A stretch of 64,000 nt of DNA from Acidobacteria bacterium 13_2_20CM_2_57_6. Its GTDB lineage: Bacteria; Acidobacteriota; Terriglobia; Acidiferrales; UBA7541. The stretch lies in contig MNEA01000113.1 in the NCBI GenBank assembly GCA_001917435.1, positions 13,902-77,901 of the forward strand, in the 5' to 3' direction. The position numbers and the translations under genes were made by a program. Every line of letters starts with the position of its first letter. The stretch's first letter is position 1. This document shows, piece after piece, positions 1-10,022 of this stretch. A model generated the notes under the pieces. That model was not told the DNA's origin, did not search any database, and saw nothing but the letters and a program-made list of their open reading frames with translations.

Positions 1-802
1 CCGCCGTGGTGATTGCGGTGCTCTTTGCTTTCAACGGACCGGCGCGCGCGCAAATCGTGGGCATTCTCATCGGCGGGACGCTGGTCGCGGCTGTCGGCAT
101 CCTCGACGATCGCGGGCTGCTCCATCACCAAATCAAACTCTTCCTGGGCATGCCCTTGGCGGCGGCGATCCTGCTGGTTAGCGGATTACGGCTTCCTTCA
201 GCATCCTCGATCACATGGACGGCCTCTGTGCCGGCGTAGCCGCCATGGCATCAGTCTTTTTCGCAATGCTCGCTTACATAAACGGCCAGACGCTGGTCAG
301 CACACTGGCTGCCGCGGTTCTCGGCGCGGCCACTGGGTTTCTCCGCTGGAATTTCAAGCCCGCGAAAATTTTCATGGGCGATGGCGGCGCCATGTTTCTC
401 GGTTTTCTAATGGCTACGCTCGGATTAAAACTGCGCCTGGAAAACTCCAATCATGTCTCTGCATGGCTTGCACCCCTTCTGATCCTGGGAGTGACGATTT
501 TCGACACCACGCTGGTCACCATTTCCCGCTCGCGGCGCGGCCTGGTGCCCTTCGCGGCTCCGGGGAAAGACCATGCGGCTCACCGGCTTTCGAATCTTGG
601 CCTCGGGCATCGCGGGGCCGTCCTCACTTTGTATCTGCTCGGCGCCGTCGGTGGCGGCGCAGCGGTGCTGGTAAGTTATCTTTCGGCGCGAGTGGCCTCC
701 TTGGTTGGGGCTCTGGCCCTCGCCCTGATTTTTGCCGGTGTTGTGTATCTTGAGCGCGCGCCTTATGAACGTCAGACCGGCAAGACCCCTCACGCCTCTT
801 AG
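1..802 (+). pseudogene. MraY/WecA-like (glycosyltransferase family 4) polyprenyl-phosphate HexNAc-1-P transferase; 5' truncated by the window edge and frameshifted near 183-187
   Basis: The frame of ORF 6..239 gives GILDD..HHQIKL. A different frame gives ITASFSILDHMDGL (from 185), FLRWNFKPAKIFMGDGG and DHAAHRL, all family motifs. The two halves are out of frame. Confidence 0.75.
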
Positions 803-974
803 GATCGCAAACTCGTTTCGAGGGCACGTCTCCATTCCTGGTTTTGCCTCTCCCCGCAGGTTGGTCCTTCATATTGGATTCGTTATACTTACGGGGCGCC
901 CGCTGACCTATACCTTGAGCAGCCCCACACCGGTCAAGCGGGAAGAAGGTAAATTCTTTGGCGTGGTTCCCTTG

Positions 975-2195
975 ATGAGTACAACTCTCGGGGAACGCGC
1001 GTCTTTGGGAAGAACGGAAACTGTGGAAAGCACAGAAGCACAGCCCCGACGTGGACGAAATGATCGCGAAGTCATCGTTGTCGGCGGCTCTGCCGCGGGA
1101 CTCTTCACCGCCGCAAGCGTGGCTCGCGGCGGCCTGCGCGTTCGCGTGCTGGAATCAAAACCGCAATTCGAGCCTGCGCCCCGCACGCTGATTGTTACCG
1201 ACCACTTCCGCCACCAGATGGGCGCTGCCGCCCGCGAAAGCATCATCAACGAAATTCGACGTTTCGAACTCTTTACCGATGGCCGCTCCGCACAGGTCGC
1301 GCTGACCAAGCCCGACCTCATCGTCGAGCGCTCGCGCCTGATTCCTGCTCTCGCCCGCGAAGCCGAGCAGGCCGGCGCAAGGCTATCATTCGATACGCGG
1401 TTCCTGGGAATCGGTCCGAACGCACGCGGTTTGCGTTTGGAGGTTGAATCCGGTGGCAGGTGCGAGGAGTTGCACGCCGGCAGCGTGGTTGGCGCGGATG
1501 GTGCCGCGAGCCGAGTCGCGCGCGCTTCCGGATGGCCTCCCATTGAAACCGTGCCCCTTGTTCAAGCCATCGTCCGCCTGCCGAAGGATTGCCCTTCCGA
1601 CACCACGCGCGTCTGGTTCGTGCCGGACGACACGCCGTACTTTTACTGGTTGATCCCTGAATCGCCGGAACGCGGCGCCGTGGGCGTAATCGGCGAGCAC
1701 GGCAGCGATACGAAGCGATGCTTCGAAAGTTTTCTCGAAAAAAAGCATTTGGAGCCGCTCGAATGGCAAGGCGCGCGTATCCCCGTCTATCGCGGCTGGG
1801 TGCCGGTTCGCCGCCAAATTGGAAACGGCGAAGTCTATCTGGTGGGCGACGCCGCGGCGCAGGTCAAGGTTTCAACCGTCGGGGGAATCGTGACCGGTTT
1901 TCGCGGTGCACTCGGCGTTTCTCAAGCTCTTTTGCGAAATGGCAGAACCCACGAGTTTGCCGCCCTGCGGCGTGAATTGCGAACGCACTGGCTCATCCGC
2001 CGGGCGCTGCATAATTTTGAGCAAAAGGACTATTCGCAGCTGGTGGATTTGCTGGATGCCTCAACGCGACAATCGCTCGGCGAAATCAATCGCGATGAAT
2101 CGACTCGTTTATTGTGGAACGTGGTGCGCCGTCAGCCGCGCCTAGTGCTCCTCGGGCTGCGCGGCTTGCTGATGGGTAAAGCGGAGAGAGGCTAG
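975..2195 (+). CDS. FAD-dependent oxidoreductase, geranylgeranyl reductase-like
   Basis: VIVVGGSAAG dinucleotide-binding motif, VGADGAAS, YFYWLIP and VGDAA..V...GGI motifs. Start taken at ATG 975; the ORF track extends to 732. Confidence 0.8.
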   Translation: MSTTLGERASLGRTETVESTEAQPRRGRNDREVIVVGGSAAGLFTAASVARGGLRVRVLESKPQFEPAPRTLIVTDHFRHQMGAAARESIINEIRRFELFTDGRSAQVALTKPDLIVERSRLIPALAREAEQAGARLSFDTRFLGIGPNARGLRLEVESGGRCEELHAGSVVGADGAASRVARASGWPPIETVPLVQAIVRLPKDCPSDTTRVWFVPDDTPYFYWLIPESPERGAVGVIGEHGSDTKRCFESFLEKKHLEPLEWQGARIPVYRGWVPVRRQIGNGEVYLVGDAAAQVKVSTVGGIVTGFRGALGVSQALLRNGRTHEFAALRRELRTHWLIRRALHNFEQKDYSQLVDLLDASTRQSLGEINRDESTRLLWNVVRRQPRLVLLGLRGLLMGKAERG

Positions 2196-2256
2196 CTTCC
2201 GCCGCCTTCGGTTCACTAGTCCAAACGAGACGAGATTCGTTGAAGGGAGTCTTCGC

Positions 2257-3606
2257 TTGCGCCTTTCGGTCATCGGTTGCGGTTATGTGGGTCTTGTCAC
2301 CGGGGCTTGTCTTGCCGAGGCGGGACACGAAGTAGTTTGCGCGGACATCGATCGTGAACGCATTGCCAAGCTGAATGCCGGTGGCGTTCCGATCTACGAA
2401 CATCACCTCGACCAGATCCTCGCGTCCGCTCACAAAGCCGGAAAGATTTCCTATACCGCCGAAGCCGGTGAAGCCATCCGTGCCGGAGACGCCATCTTCA
2501 TTTGTGTCGGCACTCCGCCGAAGGATTCCGGAGAAGCGGACCTCTCGGCCATCGATCACGTTGCCCGCCAAATTGCCGCCGAGGCGAAATCGCCTAAACT
2601 CGTCATTGAAAAAAGCACCGTTCCTGCGCGCACCGGCCTCGAACTGAGCCGCGCCCTGGCCGCGTATTCCAAGAACAGCAACATAAAATTCCGCGTGGCC
2701 TCTAATCCTGAGTTTCTTCGCGAAGGCACTGCCGTCGCTGATTTTTTCCATCCGGACCGCATTGTTGTTGGCGTCGAGGATCCTTCCTCCGCCGCGGAAC
2801 TCCGCGAAATCTACCGCCCGATTCTCGAGCGGAGTTTCCGCTGTCCGGTGCACAAGGGAACGTGCCCCCCGGGCCGTAAAGCCGAATTTCTGGTCACCAC
2901 CATCAACAGCGCGGAACTCATCAAGCACGCCTCCAACTCTTTTCTCGCCCTGAAAATCAGTTATGCGAACGTGATCGCCGACCTCTGCGAAAAAATCGGC
3001 GCAGACGTGGAAGAAGTCACGCACGCCATGGGTCTCGACCCGCGCATCGGCGGACAATTCCTCAAGGCTGGTCTGGGCTACGGTGGATTCTGTTTTCCGA
3101 AGGACGTCCAGGCATTCATCCACTTGTCTGCTTCCGTCGGCGTGGATTTTGAGATCCTGAAGGCCACCGAACGCGTCAACAAACAGCGTATTGACCGTTT
3201 TCTTGAGAAAATCCGTCAGGCCCTTTGGGTGGTTAAAGGAAAGCGCGTGGCTGTCCTGGGCTTGGCCTTCAAGGCCAATACGGACGACATCCGCTTCGCT
3301 CCCGCGCTGGAAGTGGTCAAGCGCCTGCTCGAAGAGGGCGCGGTTGTGCATGCGACAGACCCGGAAGCGATGCCGCGCACCAAGGTGCTCTTTCCGCAAG
3401 TGCATTATCACGAGGACGCTTATCAGGCTTTCCAGGACGCCGACGCCGCGCTCGTTTGCACCGAGTGGGACGTTTTCCGCAAGCTTGATTGGGATCGCGC
3501 CGGAAAACTCATGGCCCGCAAGTTAGTGATCGACGGAAGAAATCTCTATACCCCGCAGGACATGCGCGAAAAGGGCTTCGATTACTGCTGCTTCGGCCGC
3601 GACTAG
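2257..3606 (+). CDS. ugd: UDP-glucose 6-dehydrogenase
   Basis: GCGYVG, CVGTP, EKSTVP, NPEFLREG, catalytic GYGGFCFPKD and GLAFKANTDD motifs; TTG start. Confidence 0.93.
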   Translation: MRLSVIGCGYVGLVTGACLAEAGHEVVCADIDRERIAKLNAGGVPIYEHHLDQILASAHKAGKISYTAEAGEAIRAGDAIFICVGTPPKDSGEADLSAIDHVARQIAAEAKSPKLVIEKSTVPARTGLELSRALAAYSKNSNIKFRVASNPEFLREGTAVADFFHPDRIVVGVEDPSSAAELREIYRPILERSFRCPVHKGTCPPGRKAEFLVTTINSAELIKHASNSFLALKISYANVIADLCEKIGADVEEVTHAMGLDPRIGGQFLKAGLGYGGFCFPKDVQAFIHLSASVGVDFEILKATERVNKQRIDRFLEKIRQALWVVKGKRVAVLGLAFKANTDDIRFAPALEVVKRLLEEGAVVHATDPEAMPRTKVLFPQVHYHEDAYQAFQDADAALVCTEWDVFRKLDWDRAGKLMARKLVIDGRNLYTPQDMREKGFDYCCFGRD

Positions 3607-3652
3607 AGATCGTCTCTCGGTTAAAGTTTCCAATTCTCCACTTCCTGTCCCC

Positions 3653-4591
3653 TCATTTTTTGCGGAACACTTCCTTGAAATACGCCAGCGTGAGCTTCAA
3701 TCCTTCCTCCAACCCCACTTTGGGCTCCCAGTTCAGAACACGCTTCGCCTTCGTAATGTCAGGGCACCGGCGTTTCGGATCGTCTTGTGGCAAAGACTCG
3801 AACACAATCGGCGGCGCGTTTTCAAAATGGTTGCGGATGCGTTCGGCGAACTCCAGAATCGTGATCTCCTGTGGGTTGCCGACGTTTGTCGGCAGATGCT
3901 CGTCTGACATCATCAGCCGGTATATCCCATCGATCAAATCGGAGACATAACAAAAGCTACGCGTTTGCTTTCCATCTCCGTAAATCGTCAGCGGCTTGCC
4001 GCTGAGCGCTTGATACACGAAATTGGGCAGAGCCCGGCCGTCATTCAAGCGCATCCGCGGCCCATAGGTATTGAAGATTCGCACGATGTGCGTGTCCACC
4101 TTGTGATACCGGTGATACGCCATGGTCATCGCTTCCGCGTACCGTTTCGCCTCGTCGTAAACGCCGCGCGGGCCGATAGGATTGACATGACCCCAGTATT
4201 CTTCGTGTTGCGGTGAGATTTCCGGATCGCCGTAGCATTCGCTCGTGGAAGCCAGAAGGAACTTGGCATTCTTTGCCAGTGCGAGGCCCAATGCATTGTG
4301 CGTGCCCAGCGCGCCGACCTTCAGCGTCTGGATGGGCAGCTTGAGGTAGTCCACCGGGCTCGCAGGGGAGGCGAAATGCAGCACGTAATCCACGGGGCCC
4401 GCCACATCAATGTAATTCGAGACGTCCCCGCGCGCGACTCGGAACTTCGGATGCTTCATCAGATATGAGACGTTCGAATCGACGCCTGTGATAAGGTTAT
4501 CAAGCGCCAGCACTTCCCACCCTTCGGTGAGAAGCCTGTCGCAAAGATGCGACCCCAGAAATCCCGCCCCTCCTGTCACTACCGCCCGCAT
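3653..4591 (-). CDS. UDP-glucuronate decarboxylase (UDP-xylose synthase, extended SDR)
   Basis: [30 protein letters not shown] and [10 protein letters not shown] motifs; GAGGAGG RBS upstream. Confidence 0.9.
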   Translation of the reverse strand: MRAVVTGGAGFLGSHLCDRLLTEGWEVLALDNLITGVDSNVSYLMKHPKFRVARGDVSNYIDVAGPVDYVLHFASPASPVDYLKLPIQTLKVGALGTHNALGLALAKNAKFLLASTSECYGDPEISPQHEEYWGHVNPIGPRGVYDEAKRYAEAMTMAYHRYHKVDTHIVRIFNTYGPRMRLNDGRALPNFVYQALSGKPLTIYGDGKQTRSFCYVSDLIDGIYRLMMSDEHLPTNVGNPQEITILEFAERIRNHFENAPPIVFESLPQDDPKRRCPDITKAKRVLNWEPKVGLEEGLKLTLAYFKEVFRKK

Positions 4592-4770
4592 GCGTCCTCC
4601 TCGAAAATCAGCACGCCAGTGTACCGTGCTGATCCCCGATTGACTACTTCTAGGCGATCAGTTCTTCGCGTTCTTTCTGAGCGAGATTCGCGCGACTCTT
4701 TACGTTGTTCTTCGCTAGTTTCCCCGTCATTCGGGCAGGATCAACCAGAGTTTAGGTCTACAATCCTGAG

Positions 4771-5514
4771 GTGGACCACCGTACTGTCGCGATCGTCAGC
4801 ATTACAGGCACGTGTCTTGATGTACTGGGTAGTCTGTACCTGGCTTACGATCTATTGGGTGGACAACACGGTCCGTTGCGGCTGCTTACCCGTGCGGTCA
4901 CGTACTCTGTTGTTTTTGGCATCGGCTATGGCCTCGGCTTGGGGCTCTTCTTTGGCCTGGCTTCCGGTATCGCGACCGGTATCACCCTGTCGATTGAATT
5001 TAGTCGAGCAGCTCGCGGGCTGGATCATTACTCCTTGCCCTGGGAAGGACTGTTTTCCGCTATTCGGGGATTTGCCTTCGGAGCCGGGCTGTACAGGATT
5101 TTGGGCTTCGGATTCGCTGTCGCGTTCGCCATTCTCATCAGCATCGGCCAAATACTCGCCTACTCTCAAGGGATGCGTCCTGCCATGGACTATGAAGCAT
5201 CGCGCCGTCCACGGCTTACGCGTCGTCAGTTTTGGGGAACTGTGGTCCGTACGCTCGGCTACATTACGACGGCGCTTATCTGCAGCGCCTTCATCCATCA
5301 CGTGGACCACGCCTGGTCTTTTGCGATTCGCGTGGGGTTGCTGACCGGCATCGTCACCGGCGTAGGAGTCACAATCAATCCTTACATCGAATACTATGCC
5401 GACAATCTCCCGGAGCGGCGGCTTGGGGTATTCGGCATTGGACTCATCCTCTGCGGTTTTGCCCTGCAATCCATTCAATATTGGCTGTCACTGTTTGACG
5501 TACGTCTAACTTAG
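4771..5514 (+). CDS. Hypothetical multi-pass membrane protein
   Basis: 247-aa ORF with several Gly-rich hydrophobic segments; fills the gap between genes. Confidence 0.7.
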   Translation: MDHRTVAIVSITGTCLDVLGSLYLAYDLLGGQHGPLRLLTRAVTYSVVFGIGYGLGLGLFFGLASGIATGITLSIEFSRAARGLDHYSLPWEGLFSAIRGFAFGAGLYRILGFGFAVAFAILISIGQILAYSQGMRPAMDYEASRRPRLTRRQFWGTVVRTLGYITTALICSAFIHHVDHAWSFAIRVGLLTGIVTGVGVTINPYIEYYADNLPERRLGVFGIGLILCGFALQSIQYWLSLFDVRLT

Positions 5515-5645
5515 TCAGTCACCCCCACACGCTCCTTCTCTTTCCAGGGCAACAGCCGACAATCCGTAAGTTGCGAGGCTGCCGCCGTACCTTATGTTGC
5601 GATCCGCGACACCACTCTTTTCAAACCGCTGAAAGCGGCACGCGT

Positions 5646-6113
5646 CTATTTCGCGAACCGCCCAACGCTGAAGGAAATTGGGAGCCCGACCACGACCATG
5701 TGCACGAGCAGCCCAAGAATCAGGTCATACAGTTTGTAAGGTCCCCTTGCGTGAAGCGCGGAGAGCGGCAAAACGACGAGATTCATTACCTCTTCGACCG
5801 CGGCGCCAAAGAACAAACCGCACACCAGCGGGTGCTCGGTCATAAAACGCAGCTTGCGACTCGCCCCATAGTAAACCGCCGCCGCGGAGCACGCGATAAA
5901 GAAATGCAGGAGGACACCCAGAATGTAGGTGCCGGCGCCTCCACGGATAGCCTGCCGCCCCAGCAGGCCGGCGGCGATCACAAGTGGAATCTTCCATCCA
6001 AATAACATGCAGGCTTGTAGAAGGTCCAAAGTCCCGGCAATCCCGCCGCCTACTGCGATTGCTAACAGAGCGCTCCTTTTCCCCAATGGCCGAGGTGCAG
6101 AGTCTCCACTCAT
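5646..6113 (-). CDS. Hypothetical membrane protein, about 4 TM helices (DUF1440-like)
   Basis: GGGIAGTLD, G..LHF.I, GLFFGA and H...VGLPI pattern; GAGAGGA RBS before ATG 6113. Confidence 0.7.
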   Translation of the reverse strand: MSGDSAPRPLGKRSALLAIAVGGGIAGTLDLLQACMLFGWKIPLVIAAGLLGRQAIRGGAGTYILGVLLHFFIACSAAAVYYGASRKLRFMTEHPLVCGLFFGAAVEEVMNLVVLPLSALHARGPYKLYDLILGLLVHMVVVGLPISFSVGRFAK

Positions 6114-6198
6114 GGTACTTCCTCTCTTTCCGCTTTGATTTGTTTGCAATCCGCAATGCCGATATCCACGTGAGACGCGAGAAGTCCGGAGCCAGGGT

Positions 6199-6223
6199 CT
6201 GAAACAGTCTGAATACTCCTGAA
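6199..6223. promoter_or_regulatory. Three CTGAA direct repeats at exact 10-bp period; candidate binding site of the adjacent winged-helix regulator
   Basis: CTGAA at 6199, 6209 and 6219 in the divergent intergenic region. Confidence 0.5.
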
Positions 6224-6372
6224 ATCACATAAATATGCTGTGTCGGCGGCACGGCTGGGGTCGGCGTGCTAAACGCAAGACGGCCTGGAACGCGGTCGGC
6301 GTTTTTCCACGGTGTTGATATAATTGACGCGCCGATTCTCCATCCGACGTAAGAGTAGTAGCTGATCTCAAA

Positions 6373-7377
6373 ATGGAGCACCAAACCAATACAACGCTTC
6401 GTATCGGCGCCTGGTGCGTCAATCCGGCGTCCGGCCAGATCTCACGTGACGGCGAGGCTTGTCGAGTAGAAGTGCGGACGATACGGCTGCTGATGTGCCT
6501 CGCCGAACACGCCGGCGAAGTCGTCAGCATCGATGACTTGCTCACCCATGTCTGGTCTGGAATCGTCGTCGCTCCAGACTCTGTCTACCAGGCGGTGGCA
6601 TCGCTGCGCCGCCTGCTCGGCGACGACCCCAAGCAGCCCACCTACATCGCGACAGTACCGCGACTGGGGTATCGGATGGTGGCGACAGTCAGTCCCTGGG
6701 CGGACCAGTCCGTCACAAAGACGGTCGCTTCGCGGGCTTCGGACAGCAAATATCCGACTCCGGGGACGGCTGCTGCGCCCGATGAGCTGAAAAAGTCCGG
6801 TGCGCGCCTCAGATCCGGGTTCACGTGGGCCGCAGGCGGGGGGCTCTGCCTCGCGCTCATAGTTGCATTCCTGCTCTACGGGGCCTTCCTGTTCCGCGGC
6901 AAGGTCACGAACAATCACTCCGCCTCAGCCGCCGTTGCTCCCCAGCCACAGAAATCCATTGCCGTGCTGCCGTTTCTCGACCTGACCGAAGAGATGAACC
7001 AGGAGTCCTTCGCCGACGGCATGACCGAGGAACTGATCGACAAACTCAGTAGAATACCGGGCCTTCGGGTGCCGCCTCCCACGTCGTCGTTCTATTTCAA
7101 AGGAAAACTATGGCCGCGTTCGCATGGGACTCCCCAAGCGACCATCGCCGATGTCGCCAAGACTCTGGGTGTCGCTTATGTGCTCGATGGCAGCGTGCGC
7201 AAGTCAGGCACCAGCCTGCGCGTGGACGCGCGGTTGATTCGTGCAGACAGCGGGTACGTTGTCTGGTCTGAAACCTACGACCGGCCATTCAACGACATCT
7301 TGATGGTCCAGGACGACATCGCCGGCGAAGTAACGAAAGCGCTCAGGGCATCCATCGAGGCCGGACCGGACCACTAG
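6373..7377 (+). CDS. CadC/ToxR-like membrane-anchored regulator (OmpR-type winged helix, TM helix, TolB-like/adenylate-cyclase-associated domain)
   Basis: N-terminal LRRLLGDD..PTYIATVPRLGYR, central TM helix, C-terminal SIAVLPF.DL..FADGMTEELI..VLDGSVR. Confidence 0.88.
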   Translation: MEHQTNTTLRIGAWCVNPASGQISRDGEACRVEVRTIRLLMCLAEHAGEVVSIDDLLTHVWSGIVVAPDSVYQAVASLRRLLGDDPKQPTYIATVPRLGYRMVATVSPWADQSVTKTVASRASDSKYPTPGTAAAPDELKKSGARLRSGFTWAAGGGLCLALIVAFLLYGAFLFRGKVTNNHSASAAVAPQPQKSIAVLPFLDLTEEMNQESFADGMTEELIDKLSRIPGLRVPPPTSSFYFKGKLWPRSHGTPQATIADVAKTLGVAYVLDGSVRKSGTSLRVDARLIRADSGYVVWSETYDRPFNDILMVQDDIAGEVTKALRASIEAGPDH

Positions 7378-7492
7378 CCACGACACTGCCCGCCAGGACG
7401 CGTATCTCCATTGCCGGGCCCATCGTAAAATCATATCCGGACGCAGCGGATTGACCACATCGGCGGAGCGGGATAGCATGCGCCCGTTCTCA

Positions 7493-8155
7493 ATGGCGAC
7501 TCTAAACAATCCCATTGCGGTTCCGCGGCGTTCTCGTGCACTGGGCGTTTTTTGTGCTATTGGGACCGGCAGCCTTCTCCTCGGCTTGCTGATTTTCTTG
7601 GGTATCGGTCGCTGGCTGGTAGTCGAGGACCCACTCGGAAAAGTCAAAGGAATCGTCGTGCTCAGCGGAGCGATGCCGGTGCGGGCCATCGAAGCAGCGA
7701 GACTCTATCGCGAAGGATACGCGCCGGAAGTCTGGCTGACCCATTCCAGGGAGCCTGCTGACACTTTGCAAAAGATGGGCATTCCCTTCGCCAGCGAGGA
7801 TCATTACAACACTCTCGTTTTAATTCACGAAGGCGTGCCGGCGGAAGCGATTCACATCCTCGAACCACCCATCGTGAATACCGCCGATGAAGTCAGAGTT
7901 GCCGCCTTATCGCTTGCGCGAGCCAAGGGCGATGCCGTGATTCTAGTTACGACAAAAGTCCACACGCGGCGCGTTCGCCTGCTTTGGCGCAGGCTCGTTC
8001 CCGGCCAAGGCCGGGCCATTGTGCGCGCCGCATCCAGCGATTCGTTCGATCCCCGACACTGGTGGCGCACCACCAGCGACGCTCTGGATGTAGTGCGCGA
8101 AGTCCTGGGAGTCTTGAATATGTGGGCGGGTCTTCCCCTGCGTCCAGCGCGGTGA
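7493..8155 (+). CDS. YdcF/DUF218 family protein
   Basis: N-terminal TM helix, IVVLSG, NTADE and LVT...HTRR motifs. Start uncertain (7451/7478/7493). Confidence 0.85.
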   Translation: MATLNNPIAVPRRSRALGVFCAIGTGSLLLGLLIFLGIGRWLVVEDPLGKVKGIVVLSGAMPVRAIEAARLYREGYAPEVWLTHSREPADTLQKMGIPFASEDHYNTLVLIHEGVPAEAIHILEPPIVNTADEVRVAALSLARAKGDAVILVTTKVHTRRVRLLWRRLVPGQGRAIVRAASSDSFDPRHWWRTTSDALDVVREVLGVLNMWAGLPLRPAR

Positions 8156-8181
8156 TTTTGGATCTTGGGATAGGAAGAATT

Positions 8182-8952
8182 TCAGAAAAAGAAAAAGCGC
8201 TTGCGGCGCGGCGGGGGCAATTCCTCTGCTACTTCTGGAACGTGCGGCAACGGCCGGCCTTCGAAGGCTGCAAGCGGATTGTCGTGGAACAACGCCTGCG
8301 CTGTCTCTTCGCCGAACTGATCCGCGACGACGTCGTAAGCCGGTCGCAGTCGAAGCGGACGCGTTCGCGTGTTGTGCGCGTCACTGGCGACGAAATGAAC
8401 GAGGCCCTCGCTGATCCAGCGCAGCGCGTCTTTCCGGCAACCGGCCCCGAAGCCTCCAGTCAGGGCTCCAGCCGTCACCTGAGCGAAACATCCTTGCCGC
8501 ACCCACTTTTTCAAGCGCTCTGGCCGCACCCGCAAAATGGCGTTGCGTTCCGGATGGGTGATCACCGGTTGCAAACCAGCAAGCAGAATCTCATGCAGCG
8601 TCTGGTCCATCGAAGGCGGGATCGCATACTCATTGAATTCCACGAGGAGGAAATCGCGCTGATTGATGCAATACTGCCGGGCGTCCTTGCGCAACGACCC
8701 CAGATTCTCCGCGTTGAGATGAAAATCGCAGCCTGTGCCGATTTTCAGCCGGTCACGAATTCTGGCCCGCAACTCATCTCGAATATGGCGCACATGCGCG
8801 AACTCGAAATAGTAGTCGCTGTTGAAGTGCGGCGTCGCAACAACGTGCGTGATTCCATCAGCGATGGCCGATTCCGCCATGGCAACGGATTCTTCTATGG
8901 TGGCCGGGCCGTCATCCAGACCCGGCAGAATGTGACAGTGCAAATCAATCAT
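8182..8952 (-). CDS. CpsB/CapC/YwqE PHP-family protein-tyrosine phosphatase
   Basis: MIDLHCHILPGLDDG, ATPH, THPERN and ASDAH metal-binding motifs. Confidence 0.92.
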   Translation of the reverse strand: MIDLHCHILPGLDDGPATIEESVAMAESAIADGITHVVATPHFNSDYYFEFAHVRHIRDELRARIRDRLKIGTGCDFHLNAENLGSLRKDARQYCINQRDFLLVEFNEYAIPPSMDQTLHEILLAGLQPVITHPERNAILRVRPERLKKWVRQGCFAQVTAGALTGGFGAGCRKDALRWISEGLVHFVASDAHNTRTRPLRLRPAYDVVADQFGEETAQALFHDNPLAAFEGRPLPHVPEVAEELPPPRRKRFFFF

Positions 8953-8967
8953 CTCGATGAGCCGTCT

Positions 8968-9351
8968 CTAGCGCCACCATGCCTCCAGTGCCTGCCACAC
9001 ACCGAGCAGGACCAGGACGCCAGCAAAAGCCTGGCGCATGCTTCGCGGCTGGATTTTCTTCGCCAAGACCCCCCCCGCGATGCCGCCCAAAAATACGCCA
9101 GGGATCAACAGCAACCCGGTTTTCCACGATAAGAACCCTTGTTTCGAGTACGCCATTAGCGCCAGTACTCCAGTAGGCGGTATCAACGCCACCAGGGAGG
9201 TGCCCTGCGCGCGATGCTGGCTGAACCCGAACAGCAACCCCAGCAGTGGCACCAGCAGCACGCCGCCGCCAATCCCAAACATTCCGGAGGCCACTCCGCA
9301 CACACACGCAACCGCGAAGATTCCAGCGATGCGGCCCATCGATTCAAGCAT
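8968..9351 (-). CDS. Half-size TauE/SafE (TSUP) family membrane protein
   Basis: GMFGIGGG..LVP and AQGTSL motifs; about 127 aa, roughly half a typical TauE. Confidence 0.82.
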   Translation of the reverse strand: MLESMGRIAGIFAVACVCGVASGMFGIGGGVLLVPLLGLLFGFSQHRAQGTSLVALIPPTGVLALMAYSKQGFLSWKTGLLLIPGVFLGGIAGGVLAKKIQPRSMRQAFAGVLVLLGVWQALEAWWR

Positions 9352-9748
9352 GAACTTTCCCCTGGCTGCCTCCGGGCGCGTTCGCATCGCTGCGCGTCTT
9401 TCTCCAAAGCAGAAATCCAGACAATATCAGGAAGCAGCCGAACAGCCCCTTCAAGTTTCGAGACGGCAGGGGGAGCGCTATCAAGCTTCCGGCGTAAGCG
9501 CCGAAGAGCATTCCCAGTGCGCACAAAATCCCTGCCGGTAAGTCCACTTGGCCCTGCTTCCAATACTCGCGCAAAGCTCCGAGTCCGATGGGCGGCAGCA
9601 ATATGAAAAGCGAAGTTCCCTGCGCCAAGTGCTGGTCCATATGCAAGAGGTAGACCATGGCCGGCACGAGAACGACGCCACCCCCGATCCCCAGGAGGCC
9701 CACCAGCACACCAACGCCAAGTCCCAGCAAAAGAATGATGAAAATCAT
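9344..9748 (-). CDS. Half-size TauE/SafE (TSUP) family membrane protein
   Basis: GLLGIGGG..LVP and AQGTSLFILLPP motifs; overlaps the next gene by 8 nt. Confidence 0.82.
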   Translation of the reverse strand: MIFIILLLGLGVGVLVGLLGIGGGVVLVPAMVYLLHMDQHLAQGTSLFILLPPIGLGALREYWKQGQVDLPAGILCALGMLFGAYAGSLIALPLPSRNLKGLFGCFLILSGFLLWRKTRSDANAPGGSQGKVHA

Positions 9749-10022
9749 GTTGATTGAACGGCACTTCGCGCATCTTTCCAATAGTCAGGCCAGCCTCCCC
9801 TATCTTCCTCCCTCGGGTCCTCGGCGGCAACCTTATGGGCAAGCGGCCACGGATGAAATGAGCGTATTTTTTTGTTTGCAGGGAACCTGCTATATTTAAT
9901 TGTCTTGGTCACGTCGCAGGCGGTAGCGTGCCCGCCTGCATCAAAGTATCCCCAAAAACGCGAAGCCATTGATCCCGCCAATCCGGGGTCATATATGCAC
10001 AAAGAGGAGTGCGACGGAACCT

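Noticed and set aside
4607-4633. Perfect 9-bp inverted repeat ATCAGCACG/CGTGCTGAT upstream of the UDP-GlcA decarboxylase gene
   Set aside because: Real but single-copy, with no U-tract and no identifiable regulator, so no function can be supported.
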